A DNA stretch of 32,000 nucleotides from Desulfocapsa sulfexigens DSM 10523 (GTDB lineage: Bacteria; Desulfobacterota; Desulfobulbia; Desulfobulbales; Desulfocapsaceae). Positions 28,493 through 32,000 of the stretch are shown piece after piece. The notes under the pieces were generated by a model. It saw nothing but the letters and a program-made list of their open reading frames with translations. It searched no databases and had not been told where the DNA came from. The stretch spans positions 2,850,001 to 2,882,000 of the forward strand of contig NC_020304.1 in the NCBI RefSeq assembly GCF_000341395.1, given 5' to 3'. The translations under genes and the position numbers were made by a program. Each line of letters begins with the position of its first letter. Within the stretch, counting starts at the first letter, position 1.

Positions 28493-31400
28493 GTGACACA
28501 GCAGAGCGGAAATCAATTTGATGATGATCTGACCGTTGGTTTTGATAACGATGGATCTTTTTCTACGGATTCTATAGACCTTTTTGAATTTACCAGTGAT
28601 GAAGAATCTCCCATTGCCAGGTTAAAAACGATAATTCTCTCAATTGACTGGGAAATAAACGACGAAATCCTCGGGCAACTGGAAGATGAACTTGTGGATC
28701 TCAGTGACATCTGGGCCGATGACAAAATCAAACTGGTTTACATTCAGGGCCTAAGTAAAATTGGGAAGTACATTTATAAAGAGAGGGCCAACGCTCATCC
28801 CAATTCAATTAAACTGCTCATTACCTTTTATCATAATCTGGAGAAGATTGTTTCTTCAGGAGATTTAATGAGTGAAGATGAGAAAAAGCAGTTACTTGTC
28901 GAAGATGTGAAAAAATTTGACCAATTAAAATCACAGATTGGCTCATCCGCTCCTAAAAAAGAGATGGTCGCTTCATCGGTTCCAGTTGCAGATGATATAA
29001 GTGATGGCATTTTACAATTAAAAAAACTGAAGGCTCAGGTTCTCGGGATTGACTGGGAAATTAATGATACTGAGCTACAGAAACTGAGTGATGAAGTTCA
29101 ACGCCTTGAAGGCATTTTCGCTCAAAGTAAAGCAAAATTGATCCTTCTTCAGGGAATTGGCTCGCTGGGTTCCTATATTAACAAGATGAGAAGTGGTTCA
29201 AACAGCAAAGCGTTCACCCTTCTTCATTCTTTTTATAATGCTCTTGAAACAATTTCTTCCTCCAGCCTTTCAGCTGAAGATGAAAAACGCTTACTTCTTT
29301 CTGAAGTTGAAAAATTCAAATCATTTAAGGCAGAGATTTCTCAGGTGCACGTTGGGACAGAAGAAGAAGCACGGGATGACCGTATTCCACCTGAACAAGA
29401 TGTACCCCTTGAATCTGAAATTCCCCAAGCTCCATCTAAGGAAGTCCTTCCTGTAGATAAGAGTATGGATGAAATTGGGGTGGCCGCTGATGTTGACGAT
29501 CGACTCGCCTCCGTTTTTGGCGATATCAGTGAAGATGATGGGGAGGGCGTTGATGCAAGTGCTGCTCTTCAAGGTGTAGATGTAGAAACCGAAGCGGATG
29601 ATGATTCAGAGGAAGATGCCCTTCCATATGAGGATGGTTCAATTGCTCCAGCGCTTGCAGAGGCCGATGAAGAAAGTAGTTTCAGTGTTGAAAAACTGGC
29701 TGGTGATCTTGTCGAATCAATAGAAACCGAGGTTCCCGATGATATTGTGGAATCAGAGAGTATTCTTCCGGGTGTCGATGTTGAAACTGAAGCTGATGAT
29801 GATTCCGATGAGGACGAGCTTCCGTTTGAGGGTGATGAAATTGCTCCTGCTTTAAGTGGAACGTTCAGTGATGAAGATTTTGAAAAGGATAGTCTGGACG
29901 TAACCAGTGATGATTCAGAATCCGACGACCTTGATAGCAGGTTGGACTCATTTTTTGATGATGAGGTGCAAACTTCCTCCCAAGAGTGGAGTGGTGATAA
30001 GAAAGACACAGGTGAAGAGCCTGTTGAAGAAGGTTTTGTACCAGATGAAGATGGCTTTGTTGCTGCATTAAGCGGTATTACTGAAGAAGATACCGAAGAA
30101 GATACGAAAGAAGAAGCAACAGTAAGTGATGATACTGAAAATGTTTTAGTTTCTGCTGAAGAAGAGATTCCAGCAGCACTTAGTGACTTTGCTGAAGATG
30201 ACTTCCAGCCAGTCCTTGAAGAGCCTGACTTCGCAGTAGAAGAAGAACAGACTGAAGAAGACGATTCTGAACCTGTCTTTACTGCAGTCGAGGAACCGTC
30301 TCTTCCTGAAGGAGTGTCAGAAGAGAATGTGGAAGAGCAGCTTTCATTTTTTGACGAAGAAGAATCTGGCAACTCCGAACCTGATGAGCCATCCGTTGTT
30401 GAAGACATGCTTCAAGACGAAAATCCTGAAGACCAACTTTCGTTTCTTGATGAAGAAATTCCTGCTCCAGAGTCAACAGAGTCCGCAGATGATATAGATA
30501 CGTTTTTTAACGATTACGATGATGACGTTGAGGAGGCATTATCCTACACTGATACAGATACGTCACCGACTCCTGCTCTCAGTTCTGAGCTTGAAGATGT
30601 GGACGGAGAAGAGAGTAGAGAGATTGGGGCTTCTTTCTTCGAAGATGCTGATGGACCTGAGAATACCCTTGATGAAGAAAGTCTCTCGTTTTTCGATGAA
30701 GAGAAGGAGTCTCTATTTGAAGAAGAACCTGGTGAAGCAATCGTTCTGGAAGAAGGTGATGAAGGTGATGAAATCCAGTTTACCGTTCCTGGAGAAATTG
30801 CTGCTGATGATGATTTACAAGATACTGTACTTAAAGATTCATCATTTGATGATATTATTGAATTTAATGTACCAGGAGAAGAAGATTCTTCGGAGGTACT
30901 AAATGATAGTATTGAGGATTCTGAGAGCTCTGAAGTTGTTTTTGAAGTGGTCGACGATGATGTGGAAGTCGATCCGCTTCCTGGTGAAGAGTATGCCGAT
31001 GAGTATGAAGATTTGGCAAATTCTGATCAGAAAGAAGATGTTGTGTTCCTTGAAGCCCAGGATGTTGGGTTCTCAGTTGAAGACTTTCAGGATATTAATC
31101 TTTTTATAGGACTTTTAAGGGATGATATTACAGAAGATGGTATTCAAAATGTCTTAACAGAACTTAATAGACTTAGAAATAACAGTGCTTCCACTCCCAC
31201 CATCAAAATATTCCTGCAGTTACTCTCAACGGTCTGTCAAAGTCTTGAGAAAATAACTTCTGCGGATTCCATTGCGGAAAGGCTTGAGTTGATAGAAGAA
31301 ATTTATTCCGGCCTTGAATCATGTGTTACTCCTGAAATCACAATAGAAGCGGTTCAGACGCGGTTACTCGGTTGTACCACTCGGGTATTACTTATGCAGA

Positions 31401-31645
31401 ACAATGAGGTGACGCAAACGGAAGCCCTTGTGGTTGAGGATGAAGAGGAAGTGTCCGCTGAAGTTTTAAGCAGTGTAAGTGATTCAATGGTTGATGACTC
31501 TGTCGATGATGAGGAAATATTCCCCGATGAATCTACTGAAAGAGATGATCAGCTGAGAGAGTATGTCCATGAGGAGTTAGCTGACATTAAAAAACTTTTT
31601 ATCGATGAAATTGCAGCACTTAGGAAAGAATTTATTGATAAGTAA
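28493..31645 (+). CDS. Large (1050 aa) highly acidic protein with two N-terminal copies of a helical 'IDWEIND' domain, a long acidic repeat region and a C-terminal helical domain
   Basis: Continuous ORF from a GTG start 10 nt after mglA. Internal repeats 'SIDWEIND.../GIDWEIND...' and 'GVDVETEADDDS(E/D)ED.LP.E...IAPAL'. Strong Asp/Glu bias with phase preserved throughout. Confidence 0.9.
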   Translation: MTQQSGNQFDDDLTVGFDNDGSFSTDSIDLFEFTSDEESPIARLKTIILSIDWEINDEILGQLEDELVDLSDIWADDKIKLVYIQGLSKIGKYIYKERANAHPNSIKLLITFYHNLEKIVSSGDLMSEDEKKQLLVEDVKKFDQLKSQIGSSAPKKEMVASSVPVADDISDGILQLKKLKAQVLGIDWEINDTELQKLSDEVQRLEGIFAQSKAKLILLQGIGSLGSYINKMRSGSNSKAFTLLHSFYNALETISSSSLSAEDEKRLLLSEVEKFKSFKAEISQVHVGTEEEARDDRIPPEQDVPLESEIPQAPSKEVLPVDKSMDEIGVAADVDDRLASVFGDISEDDGEGVDASAALQGVDVETEADDDSEEDALPYEDGSIAPALAEADEESSFSVEKLAGDLVESIETEVPDDIVESESILPGVDVETEADDDSDEDELPFEGDEIAPALSGTFSDEDFEKDSLDVTSDDSESDDLDSRLDSFFDDEVQTSSQEWSGDKKDTGEEPVEEGFVPDEDGFVAALSGITEEDTEEDTKEEATVSDDTENVLVSAEEEIPAALSDFAEDDFQPVLEEPDFAVEEEQTEEDDSEPVFTAVEEPSLPEGVSEENVEEQLSFFDEEESGNSEPDEPSVVEDMLQDENPEDQLSFLDEEIPAPESTESADDIDTFFNDYDDDVEEALSYTDTDTSPTPALSSELEDVDGEESREIGASFFEDADGPENTLDEESLSFFDEEKESLFEEEPGEAIVLEEGDEGDEIQFTVPGEIAADDDLQDTVLKDSSFDDIIEFNVPGEEDSSEVLNDSIEDSESSEVVFEVVDDDVEVDPLPGEEYADEYEDLANSDQKEDVVFLEAQDVGFSVEDFQDINLFIGLLRDDITEDGIQNVLTELNRLRNNSASTPTIKIFLQLLSTVCQSLEKITSADSIAERLELIEEIYSGLESCVTPEITIEAVQTRLLGCTTRVLLMQNNEVTQTEALVVEDEEEVSAEVLSSVSDSMVDDSVDDEEIFPDESTERDDQLREYVHEELADIKKLFIDEIAALRKEFIDK
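28613..28939 (+). repeat. Copy 1 of the helical IDWEIND domain (residues about 41-149)
   Basis: 'IARLKTIILSIDWEINDEILGQLEDELVDLSDIWADDKIKLVYIQGLSKIGKYIYKERANAHPNSIKLLITFYHNLEKIVSS...LMSEDEKKQLLVEDVKKFDQLKSQI'. Confidence 0.8.
29009..29338 (+). repeat. Copy 2 of the helical IDWEIND domain (residues about 173-282)
   Basis: 'ILQLKKLKAQVLGIDWEINDTELQKLSDEVQRLEGIFAQSKAKLILLQGIGSLGSYINKMRSGSNSKAFTLLHSFYNALETISSSSLSAEDEKRLLLSEVEKFKSFKAEI'. Offset is 135 residues from copy 1 at the IDWEIND motif. Confidence 0.8.
29573..29656 (+). repeat. Acidic 28-aa repeat, copy A (GVDVETEADDDSEEDALPYEDGSIAPAL)
   Basis: 22/28 residues identical to the copy at 29771-29854, spaced 198 bp (66 aa) apart. Confidence 0.9.
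29771..29854 (+). repeat. Acidic 28-aa repeat, copy B (GVDVETEADDDSDEDELPFEGDEIAPAL)
   Basis: See copy A. Confidence 0.9.
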
Positions 31646-31670
31646 TTAGCGAATTTATAACAGATAAAGA

Positions 31671-31704
31671 AGACCTGCTCCGATGGAGCGGGTTCTTTTT
31701 TTTG
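31671..31704 (+). terminator. Candidate rho-independent terminator after the large acidic protein
   Basis: 'AGACCTGCTCC GAT GGAGCGGGTTCTTTTTTTT': about 10-bp stem with wobble pairs, followed by a T-run. Confidence 0.8.
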
Positions 31705-31825
31705 TTTTTATCGTCTATTTTCCACGAGAATTTTATAAAAACACCATGATCCTGGTGAATTATCGTTTTTTTCATACATTAATAGCGTAAGCTATCTGTT
31801 TACAAAATGATATTGAGAGATTTGA

Positions 31826-32000
31826 TTAGCGGTTCAGTCCTATAACGGACAGGATTGCATAGAAAAAGAGCCAGCTGAGAACAAAGAGAAGGAGAAGAGT
31901 GAATTTACTGTTTTTCTTTTGTAGATACGCAATGGCAAAAAGTAGGGACGCAGGGAAGATCACTCCAGCGAGTAATGGTGGCAGGTAACGTAGGAGTTCC
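31826..32000 (-). CDS. C-terminal end of a membrane protein running off the right edge
   Basis: Not in the supplied ORF track. The minus strand is open from the right edge: '...ELLRYLPPLLAGVIFPASLLFAIAYLQKKNSKFTLLLLFVLSWLFFYAILSVIGLNR*', with two hydrophobic segments. Confidence 0.55.
   Translation of the reverse strand, partial: ELLRYLPPLLAGVIFPASLLFAIAYLQKKNSKFTLLLLFVLSWLFFYAILSVIGLNR

Noticed and set aside
29569-30408. 279-aa minus-strand ORF (Ser-rich) inside the acidic protein gene
   Set aside because: It is the antisense shadow of the Glu/Asp-rich coding strand (GAA/GAT read backwards as TTC/ATC and Ser codons). It has low complexity, and the plus-strand ORF is longer with clear domain repeats.
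1-32000. CRISPR arrays, tRNA/rRNA genes, transposons, integrases, toxin-antitoxin or phage-defence islands
   Set aside because: I looked for regular direct repeats, transposase-like ORFs, tRNA-like cloverleafs and typical defence domains and saw none. The region looks like core chromosome. A tRNAscan/Infernal and DefenseFinder run would settle this.

Overview
The window reads as an ordinary chromosomal region of a Desulfobulbales-like (deltaproteobacterial) anaerobe. That taxonomic guess is inferred from gene content and protein style only. Left to right it contains: the end of an unidentified CDS; a DNPH1/Rcl-like nucleotide hydrolase and RNase D (minus strand); a YejB/YejE-type ABC permease pair; an Mla lipid-transport operon (mlaE-F-D-A-C) ending in a cyclic-nucleotide-binding protein; a phospholipid/fatty-acid synthesis cluster (yceD-rpmF-plsX-fabH-[acyl-CoA dehydrogenase-etfB-etfA]-fabG-acpP-fabF); rpiB, glyA, nrdR and ribD; a solo ParB-like protein next to an IHF/HU-type protein; an orphan pilC/gspF; a small PxxKW-type Cys protein; yggS and tatD; adenine deaminase; and an mglB-mglA pair followed by a 1050-aa highly acidic repeat protein. 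I found no CRISPR array, tRNA/rRNA or transposase. The best leads are (1) the MglB/MglA + large acidic repeat protein module, with a perfect 16-bp palindrome in its leader, (2) an acyl-CoA dehydrogenase/ETF cassette, with a ferredoxin-fused EtfA, in the slot normally held by fabD, and (3) a ParA-less ParB-like protein beside an IHF-like gene. None is proven to be a new system. All calls rest on reading the sequence and on remembered family features; no database search was run.
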